Source: Trueperaceae bacterium (GTDB lineage: Bacteria; Deinococcota; Deinococci; Deinococcales; Trueperaceae). From it: a stretch of DNA of 64,000 nucleotides. Both the position numbers and the translations under genes were made by a program. The notes beneath the pieces were generated by a model that saw only the letters and a list, made by a program, of their open reading frames with translations, made no database searches and had not been told where the DNA came from. Below are positions 30,101-41,954 of the stretch, piece by piece (position 1 is the stretch's first letter; every line of letters begins with the position of its first letter). The stretch lies in the NCBI GenBank assembly GCA_034520945.1, contig JAXHNB010000005.1:160001-224000 (forward strand), written 5' to 3'.

Positions 30101-30985
30101 ATCTGCGCCCACGACATTCGTGCCAGCGACCACGTCGAGATGCAGGGCGTGGTGCAACGGGCGTTCGACGGCGGCGAGGGCAAGGCGGCCAACTCGATCT
30201 CCAAGACCATCAACCTCAAGAACCAGGCGAGTGTCGAAGACGTGTTCGACGCCTACGCGCTGGCGTTCGACGAGAGGTGCAAGGGCATCACCGTCTACCG
30301 CGACGGAAGCCGCCAGTTCCAGGTGTTGTCCACCCGTGCGGCCAAGAAGAGCTCCGACGCCACGCAGGACGGCGGCCCCGCCACGGACGCCCCCGCCGAC
30401 GTGCCCGACGCCCCAGCCGCCGCGACCGGCGGCGCTGGGACGAGCGGTGCCGCCCCGGCCGCGCCGCCGACCGTGCCGGTCGAGCCGCCCGCGCCGCGCC
30501 GCGCCGCGCCCGCGCGGGGCGACCGCCTGCCCGGCGAGCCGCTCTTCGACCGGCCCGTGCGACTCGAGGGCTTCACCGACGCGGTCAAGCTCACCCTCTC
30601 GGGCGGCGAGAAGCGAGGCTTCTACGTCACCGTCAACAAGCAGGACGGCCTGCCCAGCGAGGTGTTCATCCTGTCCGGCAAGGCGGGCGACGAAGCCAAC
30701 GCCGACAGCGAGGCGCTGGGACGCGTGGTGTCGATCGCCTTGCAGTACGGCGTGCCCGCCGAAGCGGTCGTGAAGACGTTGCGCGGCATCAACGGGGGCA
30801 TGTACGGCAGCTACCAGGGACGGATGGTGGCGTCCAAGGCCGACCTGATCGCCATCGCCCTCGAGACCGCGGGCACGGCGAACCCCCTGCAGAAGGATCG
30901 GGGCTGCCCGGAGTGCGGCATGCCGCTGCGCTTCGAAGAGGGCTGCATGAAGTGCGAGAGCTGCGGCTACAGCAAGTGCGGGTGA
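27176..30985 (+). CDS. nrdJ: Adenosylcobalamin-dependent (class II) ribonucleotide reductase, intein-containing
   Basis: PGGRVL, LNCFV, RRGAGM, GEPG, TNP|intein|CGE, APTGT, KGITVYRDGSR, C-terminal CPEC...C..CGYSKC. Confidence 0.95.
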   Translation: MADTPQHDADPRLDAFDPHAITIARRQYFQPGDEDLAGMFRRVAAWIAGPEQDREAWTETFYDLMADKRFCPGGRVLAGAATHHGNVLNCFVQDGRPADAGTDAWVLSLATKLALVTKVGGGNGLCLDPITPGRDYEGPQGTLYLTISPDHEDYDKVRDGTFMDLVHGSYVTRGYRSARFVSSSEAPAGLEAQPVGDSVDEIWKAAGDAAMAMLDGRDVLLDLSGLRAEGTPVEGSGGTSSGPSSFAVEVFDNFATWAALGGAAHAGPVATLRYVFAPTLRAIRQGGTRRGAGMATLSITHPDVRDFVTSKDLGREEAEGDISTFNISVLVSDAFMASARRDGPGKATLKDIAEHAWATGEPGLIYVDRINEHNPMRAAYGDIKSTNPCVTADTWVDTDRGARRVGDLVDRPFCAVIDGQAYPLRSEGFFSTGVKPVVRLRTRRGFTLRSTEDHRLARVVSAGAARTTEWTEVRDLRPGDRVRLGDQRGVRPWSGPGSDGEGWLLGLLAAAGTFTVGEDGVADLELRGTDREALAAQAEAVVRELRHPFPRLQRRDEDGAVRLASRALGDLARRYGVAPGGVTRGDAVEEGSYAFTTGFLRGVFDAAAHGAGTSLALAFTGEILPARVHRMLARLGVIASLRPGAEPAARNARTVLTVTGADLASFRARIGAAVAPAQARLAALPGPAAETEAETEAEDADAVGRFADVVEAIEPDGEAEVFDVSVDHVHAFTANGIHAHNCGEIPLYAGEPCDLGAMNLSAYVTNPMRGLDGFDTERFREDAASCVRFLDNVLEVNRFALEDNREMSMKLRRLGLGVMGMADALIKMGYAYHSEQGRAAVHAMISELRDAAVTASERLAEERGAFPAYPDSELTRERRNVAVLTVAPTGTTSMLMGVSSGVEPVFAPFIYRKIGDAYAALVHPLFQELLNRHAPHPAFEKDGGWDWEAVVEQVQDNHGSVQGLDFVPDEVKSVLICAHDIRASDHVEMQGVVQRAFDGGEGKAANSISKTINLKNQASVEDVFDAYALAFDERCKGITVYRDGSRQFQVLSTRAAKKSSDATQDGGPATDAPADVPDAPAAATGGAGTSGAAPAAPPTVPVEPPAPRRAAPARGDRLPGEPLFDRPVRLEGFTDAVKLTLSGGEKRGFYVTVNKQDGLPSEVFILSGKAGDEANADSEALGRVVSIALQYGVPAEAVVKTLRGINGGMYGSYQGRMVASKADLIAIALETAGTANPLQKDRGCPECGMPLRFEEGCMKCESCGYSKCG
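28340..29398 (+). mobile_element. Intein (353 aa) with degenerate LAGLIDADG endonuclease in nrdJ
   Basis: Starts CVTADTWV, block B STEDH, ends VFDVSV...GIHAHN followed by Cys; interrupts NP-CGE. Confidence 0.95.
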
Positions 30986-31046
30986 GAAGCCCCGCATTCA
31001 TGGGACGCCATGCGTCCCTACGTATCGTGTGCAGAGGAGACATGAC

Positions 31047-31628
31047 GTGACGGTACGAGCGCTGATGGTGACGATCGTGATGCTGTCCATGGCGGGCGTC
31101 GCGACGGCGCAAGACACCTCGCCCTATGCCGGGATGGAGTCGCGCGAGATCAAGGCGCTGTCAAAGGAGGACATCGCCGAACTCGAACGCGGGGGCGGCT
31201 GGGGCCTGGCCCTGCCCGCCGAGTTGAACGGGGTACCGGGGCCCGCCCACCTGCTGGAACTGGCCGACGAAATTCCCCTGAGCGGCGCGCAAGTCTCCGA
31301 AATCGAAGAGATCCACGCGGCGATGCGCGAGGACGCGATCGAAGAAGGCGAGACGCTGCTCGCATTGGAGGCCGAGTTGGAGGCGGGCTTCCGCGACGGC
31401 ACCATCACCGACGCCGAGCTACGCGATTTGACCCAGCGCGCGGCCGCCAGTCGGGGCCGGCTGCGCTACGTGCACCTCTCGCGGCACCTGATGACGGTTC
31501 CGTTGCTCAGCGAAGAGCAGATTGCCCGCTATCGGGAGCTGCGGGGGTACGAGACGTCGGACGCGTGCGACGAGGTGCCCGAAGGCCACGACCCCGAGAT
31601 GTGGCGGCGCCACAACGACTGCGATTGA
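31047..31628 (+). CDS. Secreted Spy/CpxP-like helical protein
   Basis: Signal peptide; AELNGVPGPAHLLELAD, L(S)xxQ motifs; C-terminal C...C. Confidence 0.65.
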   Translation: MTVRALMVTIVMLSMAGVATAQDTSPYAGMESREIKALSKEDIAELERGGGWGLALPAELNGVPGPAHLLELADEIPLSGAQVSEIEEIHAAMREDAIEEGETLLALEAELEAGFRDGTITDAELRDLTQRAAASRGRLRYVHLSRHLMTVPLLSEEQIARYRELRGYETSDACDEVPEGHDPEMWRRHNDCD

Positions 31629-31791
31629 GTTCCAGCCCTTGCGGCGCGCATCCGCCGCCGTAGCGCACCGCGGCCGCCACAGTGCGCGGCCGCCCCCTCG
31701 GGCTCGAGTGGCGGGGCCTGGGCCCTCGAGCCCGCGCAGGCATCGGTGTGCCCCAACGCCAGGCCCCCGAGGGGTGCGGTAGCGTACGCTC

Positions 31792-33279
31792 GTGCCGTCC
31801 GACGAGCGCGTACCACCGAACGGGGCCACGCCAGCTTCGGAGCGTCCGCGGACGGCTGCGCCCAATGCCTCGTTGCGCCTCAGCGAGGTGGTGGCGGCGC
31901 TCACCTATGCGCTGGACGTGACCGAGGGGCAGCCGGAGGGCCATGCGGTGCGCAACTGCGCCATCGGGATGGCGGTCGGCCGTCGCCTTGGTCTGGACGA
32001 GGTCGCGCTGTCGGCGCTGTACTACGCCTTGCTGCTCAAGGATCTGGGGTGCAGCAGCAACGCTTCGCGGCTGACGGCGACCTTCGGGGCGGACGACCAG
32101 CGCGTGAAGCGCGCGTTCAAATTCACGGACCTCGACAGCCTGGTCGACGGTGCGCGATTCGTGTTGGGCCAGGCCGGTCGCGCCGCCCTCAGGCGTGGCG
32201 GCGTCCGCGCGTGGTTTCGGCACGTCCGTGTCGTCGCCAGCGGCGAGGGCGGCGGTCATCGGAGCCTGACGGAGATCCGCTGCGAACGTGGGGCGGACAT
32301 CGCCCGCGAGCTCGGCTTCCCGGCCGCGACCTCCGAAGCGATCCGGGCTCTGGACGAACACTGGGACGGCGGCGGCCACCCGTACGGGTTGGCGCGCGAG
32401 GCGATCCCCATGCTCGGACGCATCCTCTGCTTGTCGCAGACGGTCGAGGTGTTCCACGCCGCCCGTGGACCGGCGGCGGCGCGGACCGTGGCACGAAGGC
32501 GCGCCGGCCGCTGGTTCGACCCGGACGTGGTCGAGGCGTTCCTGGCTGCCCAGGCGGCGCGCGGGTTCTGGGATCGGATCGCGAGCAAGGAGGTAGAGTC
32601 GCACGTCACCGACCTAGAACCTGCCGAGCACGTGTTGCGCGCGGACGAGGCGCGCTTGGACCGGATCGCGGAAGCGTTCGCGCGGGTCATCGACGCCAAG
32701 TCGCCGTGGACCTACCGCCACTCCGAGCGGGTGCGCGCCTTCGCGGCGGGCATCGCCGGCGAAGTGGGGCTGCCGCCCGAGCGTCGCACGGTCCTCCACC
32801 GGGCGGCGCTGCTGCACGACCTCGGCAAGCTGGCCGTGCCGAACACGATCCTCGACAAACCGGGCAAGCTGACGGACGACGAGTTCGCCACCATCCGGCG
32901 TCACCCCGCTCTCAGCGAGCGGATCGTGCGCCGGGTCGTCCCGTTCGACCAGGTGGCCGCCATCGCCGGCGCACACCACGAGCGGATCGACGGACGTGGC
33001 TACCACCAGGGCCGCCCTGCGAACGCCCTGCCGCTGGAGGCCCGTATTCTGGCGACGGCCGATGCGTTCGAGGCGATGACCGCGTCACGCCCGTACCGAG
33101 ACGGCATGCCGGTCGAACGGGCGCTCGGGATTCTCCGCGACGACGCGGGTGCCGGGGTCGAGGCCGCATGTCTCGACGCGCTGGAACGGTTCCTGGCGGC
33201 GGACGAGGGGCGCCGCTTGACGAGCGCGTCCGAGCCGGACGGACCCGTCTCGAACGGGCCGGGTCCGAGCACACCCTAG
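31792..33279 (+). CDS. HD-GYP domain phosphodiesterase (degenerate HD domain plus intact HD domain)
   Basis: N domain LLKDLG, EHWDG.GHP; C domain HSERV, LLHDLGK, HHERIDGRGY, SRPYR. Confidence 0.9.
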   Translation: MPSDERVPPNGATPASERPRTAAPNASLRLSEVVAALTYALDVTEGQPEGHAVRNCAIGMAVGRRLGLDEVALSALYYALLLKDLGCSSNASRLTATFGADDQRVKRAFKFTDLDSLVDGARFVLGQAGRAALRRGGVRAWFRHVRVVASGEGGGHRSLTEIRCERGADIARELGFPAATSEAIRALDEHWDGGGHPYGLAREAIPMLGRILCLSQTVEVFHAARGPAAARTVARRRAGRWFDPDVVEAFLAAQAARGFWDRIASKEVESHVTDLEPAEHVLRADEARLDRIAEAFARVIDAKSPWTYRHSERVRAFAAGIAGEVGLPPERRTVLHRAALLHDLGKLAVPNTILDKPGKLTDDEFATIRRHPALSERIVRRVVPFDQVAAIAGAHHERIDGRGYHQGRPANALPLEARILATADAFEAMTASRPYRDGMPVERALGILRDDAGAGVEAACLDALERFLAADEGRRLTSASEPDGPVSNGPGPSTP

Positions 33280-33379
33280 CGGTGCGCAGAACGCGCCTTC
33301 GCGGCGATGCCGCAGCCCCCACCGCGCCTGATGCGCAAGACGGGGGGCCGTCGTACACGCCGCAACACAGCGCATCGCC

Positions 33380-34906
33380 TCAGCGCGCGTCGGCACCGTC
33401 GGGCTCGAGCGGCGGGGCGTGGGCGCGGAAGCGCGCGTAGGCGTCCTCCAGCGCGGGACCCGGCCGCGGCGCCCACTCACGGTCGATCGTCGGGGCGGGC
33501 ACGCGGTGCCCACGTGCTCGCCACGCCAGCACCGCCGCACCGTGCGCCGCGCCGGGCACGTCGGCGGGCACGCCGATCGGTACGTTCAGCACGTCGGCCA
33601 GCAGGCGGATCCACCCGTCGCCCCGGGCGCCCCCGCCCGTGGCGAGCAGGCGACCGGGCGTGCCCAGTGGCTGCATGACCCCCCACACGTCGCGCAGGCT
33701 GAAGGCGACCCCTTCCAGCACGGCACGGACCAGGTCGTCGTCCTCGCTGGCGAGCGACAGGCCTTTGAATCCGCCGCGCAGGTCCGGGTCCAGGAACGGA
33801 CTTCGTTCGCCCGCCAAGTACGGCAGGAAGGTGACGCCGCCCGCGCCGATCGGGCGCTCCAGCGCCCGCGCGACCCGGTCTCCGGTCTGCTCCTCTGGCA
33901 CGCCGGTGCGGCGCATCCACCACGCCAGGCTTCCCGCCGCGGCGAGGGTGACGCCCAGAAGGTTCCAGGAGCCGTCCGCATGGGCGAACAAATGGATCCG
34001 CCCGTGCGGATCGGGCGTCGGCTCGGAGAGGGGGGCGAACAGCACGCCGGACGTGCCCAGGCTCAGCGAACCGAGGTCGGGCGCGCCTTGCCCCAGGCCC
34101 AGCGCGGTGGCGGCGGCCGCGTTGTCGCCCGCGCCGGCCACCACCGGCGTGCCGTCCGCCAGGCCGGTCGCGTGGGCCGCCTCGGCGGTGAGCGTCCCGA
34201 CCACATCGTCCGAGCGGACCAGCTGCGGGAACAGCTCCTTCGCGATCCCGACGCGGTCCAGCAGCTCGCCGTCCCAGTCGCCCGTGGCGGGTGACCAGGC
34301 GCCGGAACCGCTGGCGTCGGTCGGCTCCGCCGCAGCGACGCCGGTCAGACGGTAGGCGATCCAGTCCTTGGGGAACAGCACGGTTCGCAGGCGGGCGTAG
34401 GCGTCCGGTTCCTCGTCCCGCAGCCACAGGACCTTCGGCAGCTGGAAGCCGGTGACGGCCGGGTTGCCGGTGCGGCGGACCAGCTCGTCGCGGGGGACGG
34501 CGGCCTCCAGTTCGCGGACCTGGGCGGCGGTGCGTTGGTCGTTCCACAACAGCGCCGGACGTAGGGGGGCGCCGTCTTCGTCCAGTGGGACCATGCCGTG
34601 CATCTGGCCTGACACGCCGACGGCCTCGACGCGGTGCGGGTCGATCCGCGACGTCAGCGCGCGCAGGGCCTCGCCGGCGGCCTGCCACCAGGCGGTCGGG
34701 TCCTGCTCGGTCCAGCCAGGCTGGGGGGTGAGCAACGGATAGTGTCCGGACGCCTCGAACGCGACCGATCCGTCGGGCCGGAGCGCGACCGCCTTCAGGC
34801 CGCTGGTGCCGACGTCCAGGCCGATCGTGACCGAGGCCTCGCGTACCGACGCGGCCGACGGCGCCGGCTTCGCGCGGGTCGCGGCGTGAGCGTCCGGACG
34901 GCTCAT
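33380..34906 (-). CDS. xylB: Xylulokinase
   Basis: [38 protein letters not shown]. Confidence 0.95.
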   Translation of the reverse strand: MSRPDAHAATRAKPAPSAASVREASVTIGLDVGTSGLKAVALRPDGSVAFEASGHYPLLTPQPGWTEQDPTAWWQAAGEALRALTSRIDPHRVEAVGVSGQMHGMVPLDEDGAPLRPALLWNDQRTAAQVRELEAAVPRDELVRRTGNPAVTGFQLPKVLWLRDEEPDAYARLRTVLFPKDWIAYRLTGVAAAEPTDASGSGAWSPATGDWDGELLDRVGIAKELFPQLVRSDDVVGTLTAEAAHATGLADGTPVVAGAGDNAAAATALGLGQGAPDLGSLSLGTSGVLFAPLSEPTPDPHGRIHLFAHADGSWNLLGVTLAAAGSLAWWMRRTGVPEEQTGDRVARALERPIGAGGVTFLPYLAGERSPFLDPDLRGGFKGLSLASEDDDLVRAVLEGVAFSLRDVWGVMQPLGTPGRLLATGGGARGDGWIRLLADVLNVPIGVPADVPGAAHGAAVLAWRARGHRVPAPTIDREWAPRPGPALEDAYARFRAHAPPLEPDGADAR

Positions 34907-36069
34907 GGCGTGCCCAGCAGGATCTCGATGACGCGTTGGTCGATCCGCTCCAGGCCCGGACCGCGGGCACGGAGCGTGTCCAGGGGAAGATCGCGTTCCT
35001 TGAGGGCGGCCGCGTTGTCGGGGCTGTACCGCATCAGGCTCTCCAGCTCGGCGTCGGACACGCGGTAGGCGGCCAGTGCCCGTTGCAGCTCGTCGTCCTC
35101 CTCCAGGTGGCGGGCCTTGGCGGCCAGAATCTTGTAGGTCCGCATGCAGCCGGCCGCGAACGTCCACACGCCGGCGGGGTCCTCGGTGCGCAGCGCGTGC
35201 GCGTCGAAGTGCTTGGGGCCGTCGTAGTGCTTCTCGAGCAGGGCGACGGTGAACAGCGCCGCCTTCGGATTCTCGGCGCCGAAGCGCAGGTCCTGGTCGA
35301 AGCGGGCCATCTTCTGGTCGTTCAGGTCGACGTGGTACAGCTTGCCGGCGTCGATCGCCTGCGCCAGCGCGTGCGGGAACGACAGGCCCGCCATCGTCTC
35401 GTGCGCGAACTCGGGGTTCACGCCGAACCGGTCTGGCTCGTCCAGGGTGGCGATGAACCCCAGCAGGCTGCCGACGGTCGGCAGGAACAGGTCTCCGCGC
35501 GGCTCGTTGGGTTTCGGCTCCAACGCGAAACGCAGGTCGTAGCCCTGGTCCCGCACGTAGGCGGCGAGGTAGTTCAGCGCCTCGCGGTACCAGGCCAGCG
35601 CGTCGGTGAGCTTGCCGGCCCCGTCGACCTCACTGCCCTCGCGCCCGCCCCAGAACACGTACGTCTTCGCGCCCAGCCGCACGCCCAGGTCGATGTTGCG
35701 CATCACCTTCTGCAGGGCGTACGCACGCACGCGCGCGTCGGCGCTGGTGAAGGCGCCGTCCCGGAACGCGGGGTCGCCGAACAGGTTGGTGGTCGCCATC
35801 GGCACCACCATGCCGGTCTCCCGGAGGGCGGCCTCGAAGGCGCGCACGATGCGCTCCCGTTCGGCGGGCGCGGCGTCGCGTGGCACCAGGTCGTCGTCGT
35901 GAAAGTTGACGCCCCACGCGCCGAGCTCCGCCAGGCGGTGGACCGTGTCCACCGGGTCCAGCGGCGGGCGCGTGGGCTCTCCGAACGGGTCGCGGCCCAC
36001 GTTGCCCACCGTCCACAACCCGAAGCTGAAGCGGTCCTCGGGCGTGGGGGCGAAGGGATCGGTGCTCAT
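34903..36069 (-). CDS. xylA: Xylose isomerase (short class I type)
   Basis: [38 protein letters not shown]. Confidence 0.97.
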   Translation of the reverse strand: MSTDPFAPTPEDRFSFGLWTVGNVGRDPFGEPTRPPLDPVDTVHRLAELGAWGVNFHDDDLVPRDAAPAERERIVRAFEAALRETGMVVPMATTNLFGDPAFRDGAFTSADARVRAYALQKVMRNIDLGVRLGAKTYVFWGGREGSEVDGAGKLTDALAWYREALNYLAAYVRDQGYDLRFALEPKPNEPRGDLFLPTVGSLLGFIATLDEPDRFGVNPEFAHETMAGLSFPHALAQAIDAGKLYHVDLNDQKMARFDQDLRFGAENPKAALFTVALLEKHYDGPKHFDAHALRTEDPAGVWTFAAGCMRTYKILAAKARHLEEDDELQRALAAYRVSDAELESLMRYSPDNAAALKERDLPLDTLRARGPGLERIDQRVIEILLGTP

Positions 36070-37213
36070 TCGCGCGTCTCCGAGGAAAACGGCGTCCACT
36101 TGTCATTGCTGGCGGCGCTGGCGACGGTCGCCTCGATGAAGCGCACGCCGCGCGCGCCGTCGCGCACGTTCGGGAAGTCCGCGTCCTGCTGCCCGCGGAT
36201 GGCGGCCGCGATGCCGCCGTACACGTTGGCGAACGCCTCCAGGTAGCCCTCGGGATGCCCGGGCGGGACGCGGCCCAGCTCCTGGGCGGCGGGGTACAGG
36301 CCCGGCCCGTTGCGGGTGTAGATGCGCGCGGGCTCGTCGTTTCGGAGGTAGGTCAGGCGGTTCGGGGTCTCCTGGCGCCAGTCCAGGCCGCCTTCGGCGC
36401 CGTACACCCGCAGGCGCAGGTCGTTCTCCTCGCCGACCTCGACCTGCGAGGCGATCAGGACGCCCTTGGCGCCGCCGTGGAAGCGCAGCAGGAGGTTGCC
36501 GTCGTCGTCCAACAGCCGGCCGGGCACGAAGGTGGTGAGGTCGGCGCACAGCGCCTCGAGCTCCAGGCCCGTCACGGTGGACACCAGGTTCTCGGCGTGC
36601 GAGCCGATGTCGCCGATCGCGCCGGCCATGCCGCTGCGCTCGGGGTCGGTGCGCCACTCGGCCTGCTTGACGCCCTCGTCCTCCAACTTGGACGCCAGCC
36701 AACCCTGGTTGTACTCGATGATCACCTTGCGCAGCTTGCCCAGCATGCCGTCGCGGATCATCTCGCGCGCCTGGCGCACCATGGCGTAGCCGGTGTAGTT
36801 GTAGGTGACGCCGAACACGATGCCGGCCTGGTGGGCCGTGGCGACGAGATCGTCGGCCTGCTCGGCGTTCAGTGCCAACGGCTTGTCGCAGATCACGTGG
36901 ATGCCCGCTTCGGCGAACGCCTTGGCGACGGGGTGATGCACGTGGTTGGGGGTGACGATGGCGACCGCCTCGATGCGGGTATCACTGTCCAGGCCGCGTT
37001 CGGCCTCCAGCATCTCCTCCCAGCTCTCGTACACGCGGGGCAGGCCCAGCGCCTCGCCCGAGGCGCGCGCCTTGTCCGGGGTGGAGGACAGCGCGCCGGC
37101 GACCAGCTCGAAGTTGCCGTCCAGGCGGGCGGCGATGCGGTGCACGGCGCCGATGAAGGCGTCCTTGCCGCCGCCGACCATGCCGAGGCGGATGGGGCGG
37201 GCGGGTTCGCGGA

Positions 37214-37217
<4 letters not shown>
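36066..37217 (-). CDS. Gfo/Idh/MocA oxidoreductase
   Basis: [30 protein letters not shown]. Confidence 0.92.
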
Positions 37218-38221
<1,004 letters not shown>

Positions 38222-38282
38222 GGTGCTCCTTTCGGGATGTCGGGCGCCCCCGCTGGGGCGCCCGACGATGCTTCCCGTCCGC

Positions 38283-39224
38283 TCAGAACGCGGCGTCGGG
38301 GAAGTAGTAGTCCTCTGCGTTCTCCTGCGTGATCAGCGTGGCGCCGAGGATGTACTCGCCCAGCACCGGCACGTCGGAGTAGTAGTTCAGCGCGGTCACT
38401 TCCATGCCGGTGGCGATCATGGCGGGCGGGTACAGCACGTCGACCGGTACGAGGTCGTCGCCCTCCATGACGCGCTTGATCATCTCCTTCATGCCGGCGC
38501 CGCCGACGATGAACATCTCGTCGGTGCGGCCCGCCTGCTCCAAGGCGGCGATGACGCCGACGGCGATGTCGTCGTCCTGGGCCCACACGGCGTCGATCTG
38601 GTCGAAGCGGGACAGGAAGTCCTGCATCACCTCGAAGCCGTCGTCGCGGTTCCAGTTGGCGTACTGCGAGTCCAGCACCTCGATGTCGGTCTCATTCAGC
38701 ACCTCCATGCAGCCGTCGAAGCGCTGGTTGTCGATGACGGTCGGGATGCCGCGCAGGATCACGATCTGGCCTTCGCCGTCAAGGCGATCTGCGATGTACT
38801 CGCAGCTGACGCGCCCCATCTCGGGGTTGTTGCCGGCCACGTAGACGTCACGGATGCCGGGGTCGGTCAGGCCGCGGTCCACCACGGTGACGAACACGCC
38901 CTGCTCCTTGACTTCGGCCACGGGCGCGGTCAGCGGGTCGGACTCGAACGGCAGGATGACCAGCGCGTCGATCTGCTCGATGGCGACCAGGTCCTGCAGG
39001 TCGTTCGCTTGTTCGGTGGAGCTTCCGGCGCTGACGACGACGACGTCGAGGCCGGGGTAGCGCGCTTCGAGCTCGGTCTCGGCCTTGTCGGCCCACCAGT
39101 TCACGCCGCCGGTCCAGCCGTGCGTGGCGGCGGGGATGGAGACGCCGATGGTGACCTCTTGCTCTTGGGCGGCGCCCAGGCCGAAGGCCAAGAGGACGGA
39201 GAGGGCGAGTGCGATTCGTGTCAT
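38283..39224 (-). CDS. Sugar ABC transporter substrate-binding protein
   Basis: Signal peptide; RbsB-like fold motifs ([19 protein letters not shown]). Confidence 0.92.
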   Translation of the reverse strand: MTRIALALSVLLAFGLGAAQEQEVTIGVSIPAATHGWTGGVNWWADKAETELEARYPGLDVVVVSAGSSTEQANDLQDLVAIEQIDALVILPFESDPLTAPVAEVKEQGVFVTVVDRGLTDPGIRDVYVAGNNPEMGRVSCEYIADRLDGEGQIVILRGIPTVIDNQRFDGCMEVLNETDIEVLDSQYANWNRDDGFEVMQDFLSRFDQIDAVWAQDDDIAVGVIAALEQAGRTDEMFIVGGAGMKEMIKRVMEGDDLVPVDVLYPPAMIATGMEVTALNYYSDVPVLGEYILGATLITQENAEDYYFPDAAF

Positions 39225-39298
39225 GTGTTTCCTCCCTGTGCGTGCGGGGATGCGAGAGATGCCAAGCGTGCGGGGTCGAGCGGGCGCACCACCTCCCT

Positions 39299-40297
39299 TC
39301 AGCGGTTCTTGCCGCGTTGGAGAAGGACGGCCAGGATGATGATCACGCCCTGGACCGCCTGGTTCAGGTAGTTGCTGATCACGTCGGTGAGGTTCAGGAC
39401 GTTGCCGATCGTCGACAGCAGCACCGCGCCGACGATGGTGCCCCACACGTGCCCGGAGCCCCCCTTGAGGGCCGTGCCGCCGATGATCACGGCCGCGATG
39501 GCTTCGAGTTCCCACAGCACGCCGGTGGACCCCGACGCCGAGCCCAGGCGCGGGACGTAGATGATGACGGCCAGCGCGACGCACAGGCCCTGAATGACGT
39601 AGGTGAGGGTCTTGATGCGCTGGACGCGGATGGCGGAGTAGCGCGCGACGGCCTCGTTGCTGCCGATCGCGAACACGTAGCGGCCGAAGCGGGTGCGGTG
39701 CAGCACCAGCGCCCCGATGCCGGCCACGCCCGCGAAGATCCAGATCGGCCAGGGGATACCGAGAAAGGAGCCGTAGTACAGCGGGCGGGTGACGCCGCGA
39801 AGCGTGAGGTCCAGCGAGATGGTCCCGCCGTCGGCCAGGTACGTCACCAACGAACGGAAGATGCCCAGCGTCCCCAGCGTCACGATGAACGGCTCGATGC
39901 CGCCCCGCGTGATGGTCAAGCCGTTGAAGCTGCCCGCCGCCACGCCGATCAGGACGGCCAGCACGATCCCCGCCAGCAGCACCATCACAGGCGACAGTCC
40001 GGCACCGAACAGGGCGTTCATCGCCAGGATCATGGCGCCGGCCACGAACGCCGCCATCGACCCGACCGACAGGTCGAGACCGCCCGCGATGATCACGAAC
40101 GTGCCGCCGATGGCGATGATGCCGATGAAGGCGCTGCGGGTCAGCACGTTGAAGATGTTGGTGGGGGAGAGGAAGGCGGGGTTCATCAGCGAGCCGATGA
40201 CGATCAGCGCCGCCAGGCCCAGCAGGGGGGTGAGCGTCTGCCACGGGATCCGCACCCGCGTCGGGCGGCGTTCGCTGGCGTCAGGCTGCGTACTCAT
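39299..40297 (-). CDS. Sugar ABC transporter permease
   Basis: [28 protein letters not shown]. Confidence 0.95.
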   Translation of the reverse strand: MSTQPDASERRPTRVRIPWQTLTPLLGLAALIVIGSLMNPAFLSPTNIFNVLTRSAFIGIIAIGGTFVIIAGGLDLSVGSMAAFVAGAMILAMNALFGAGLSPVMVLLAGIVLAVLIGVAAGSFNGLTITRGGIEPFIVTLGTLGIFRSLVTYLADGGTISLDLTLRGVTRPLYYGSFLGIPWPIWIFAGVAGIGALVLHRTRFGRYVFAIGSNEAVARYSAIRVQRIKTLTYVIQGLCVALAVIIYVPRLGSASGSTGVLWELEAIAAVIIGGTALKGGSGHVWGTIVGAVLLSTIGNVLNLTDVISNYLNQAVQGVIIILAVLLQRGKNR

Positions 40298-41807
40298 GGC
40301 GGTCCCCCTGGTCCTTGAGTCCGGTGGCGTACTGCACGATCTCGTTTTCCGTCATCTCGTCGCCGTCAAGAATGCCGGTGATCCGGCCGGAGCGCATCAC
40401 CACCACGCGGTGCGACAGGCCGATGATCTCCTGCATCTCGCTGGAGATGACCACCACCGCCAGTCCGGCCTGCGCCAGTTCGTGCACCAGGTGGTAGATC
40501 TGGCGTTTGGTGCCGACGTCGATGCCGCGGGTCGGCTCGTCCAGGATCACGATGCGCGGCTCGCCCAGCAAGATCTTGGCCAGCACCAGCTTCTGCTGAT
40601 TGCCGCCCGAAAGCTCGCCGGCGAGGGCGTCCAGCCGGCCTCCGCGGATGTCGTAGCGCTCCGCGGCCTGCGCCAGCGCCTCCCGTTCGGCCGGCCGGTC
40701 GAGGAACGGGTTGGCGAAGCGTTCCAACGCTTGCAGCGTCAGGTTCGGCGCCAGCCGCATCGCCTGGATCAGACCCTTCACCTTGCGGTCCTCGGTGAGG
40801 TAGACGAGGCCGGCGCGCTTGGCGTCCTCGGGGTGGCGGATCTGGATCGGCTCACCGTCCAGTTCGACCGTGCCCGTCGCGGGGCGGAGGCCCAACAGGC
40901 CCTCGAACGCTTCGGTGCGGCCGGCCCCGACCAGGCCGGCGAAGCCCAGCACCTCGCCCCGGCGAACGTCGAACGAAGCGTTGCGGACGGCGCCCGGCAC
41001 GTCTAGGCCGCGCACGCGCAGCACCACGTCCGCGCCGGGATCGGGCGCCTTGTCGGGGTACATGTCGCTCAGTTCACGGCCGACCATCATCCGGGCCATG
41101 CTGGGGGGGTCGACCTCGCTCACGTCCTGGGTCGCCACCAGGTGGCCGTCGCGCAGCACCGTGACGCGGTCGGCGATGCGGCCGATCTCGTCCAGCTTGT
41201 GCGACACGTAGGCGATCGCCACGCCCTGCGCCTTCAAGCGGCGGATCAGGGCGAACAGCACCTCCGTCTCGGCGCCGGTGAGGACGTCGGTCGGTTCGTC
41301 CATGAACAGCACCCGGGCGTTGCGGGCGACGGCCTTGGCGATCTCGACCATCTGCATCTGCGAGACCGACAGGTAGCGCACGCGCTGGCGCAGATCGACG
41401 TGGGTTTCGAGCTGCTCCAGCAGTTCCCGCGCCTCGCGCTCCATGCGGCGGCGGTCCAGCAGGCCGTTGCGGACGTACTCGCGGCCGAGGAAGATGTTCT
41501 CGGCCGCCCCCAGGTCCTCCACCAGCGCGAACTCCTGGTGGATCAGCACCACGCCGGCCGCCTCGGCCGCGCCGCTGTCGGGGAAGGTCACGGGCCGCCC
41601 GTCCAGCAGGATCTCGCCGGAATCGGCCGTTTCGTAGCCGGAGAGGCACTTCATCAGCGTCGACTTGCCGGCGCCGTTCTCCCCCACGATGGCGTGCACC
41701 TCCCCGGGGGCCAACGTCAGGTCGACGCCGTGCAGCACCTCGATGGGTCCGAACGACTTCCGTAGCGTGCGACAGGCGAGGATGGGGCTCGGCGAGGCGT
41801 CGTCCAT
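40281..41807 (-). CDS. Sugar ABC transporter ATP-binding protein
   Basis: [25 protein letters not shown] (double ABC domain). Confidence 0.96.
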   Translation of the reverse strand: MDDASPSPILACRTLRKSFGPIEVLHGVDLTLAPGEVHAIVGENGAGKSTLMKCLSGYETADSGEILLDGRPVTFPDSGAAEAAGVVLIHQEFALVEDLGAAENIFLGREYVRNGLLDRRRMEREARELLEQLETHVDLRQRVRYLSVSQMQMVEIAKAVARNARVLFMDEPTDVLTGAETEVLFALIRRLKAQGVAIAYVSHKLDEIGRIADRVTVLRDGHLVATQDVSEVDPPSMARMMVGRELSDMYPDKAPDPGADVVLRVRGLDVPGAVRNASFDVRRGEVLGFAGLVGAGRTEAFEGLLGLRPATGTVELDGEPIQIRHPEDAKRAGLVYLTEDRKVKGLIQAMRLAPNLTLQALERFANPFLDRPAEREALAQAAERYDIRGGRLDALAGELSGGNQQKLVLAKILLGEPRIVILDEPTRGIDVGTKRQIYHLVHELAQAGLAVVVISSEMQEIIGLSHRVVVMRSGRITGILDGDEMTENEIVQYATGLKDQGDRHEYAA

Positions 41808-41859
41808 GGGGGCTCCGTGTTGCGTGGCCGCGCCGCCTGGGCGGGGCCGCAGGGCGTTG

Positions 41860-41911
41860 AATTGACTGTCTAACTAATTGGGAGCATACTGCGGGTGGCC
41901 GGTGGCGTCAA
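41860..41911. promoter_or_regulatory. Overlapping divergent promoters and probable ROK operator
   Basis: Minus TTGACG-17-TATGCT (41911-41883); plus TTGACT-17-CATACT (41862-41890); AT-rich imperfect palindrome AATTGACTGTCTAACTAATT (41860-41879). Confidence 0.7.
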
Positions 41912-41954
41912 CAAGGCGATCGTCCCGGCGACCGCCCGGAGGGAGGAGCCCGCC

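Noticed and set aside
31629..31791. c-di-GMP riboswitch or CRISPR-like repeats before HD-GYP
   Set aside because: Only one inverted repeat and a short CGCGGCCGCC duplication; no riboswitch consensus or spacer periodicity
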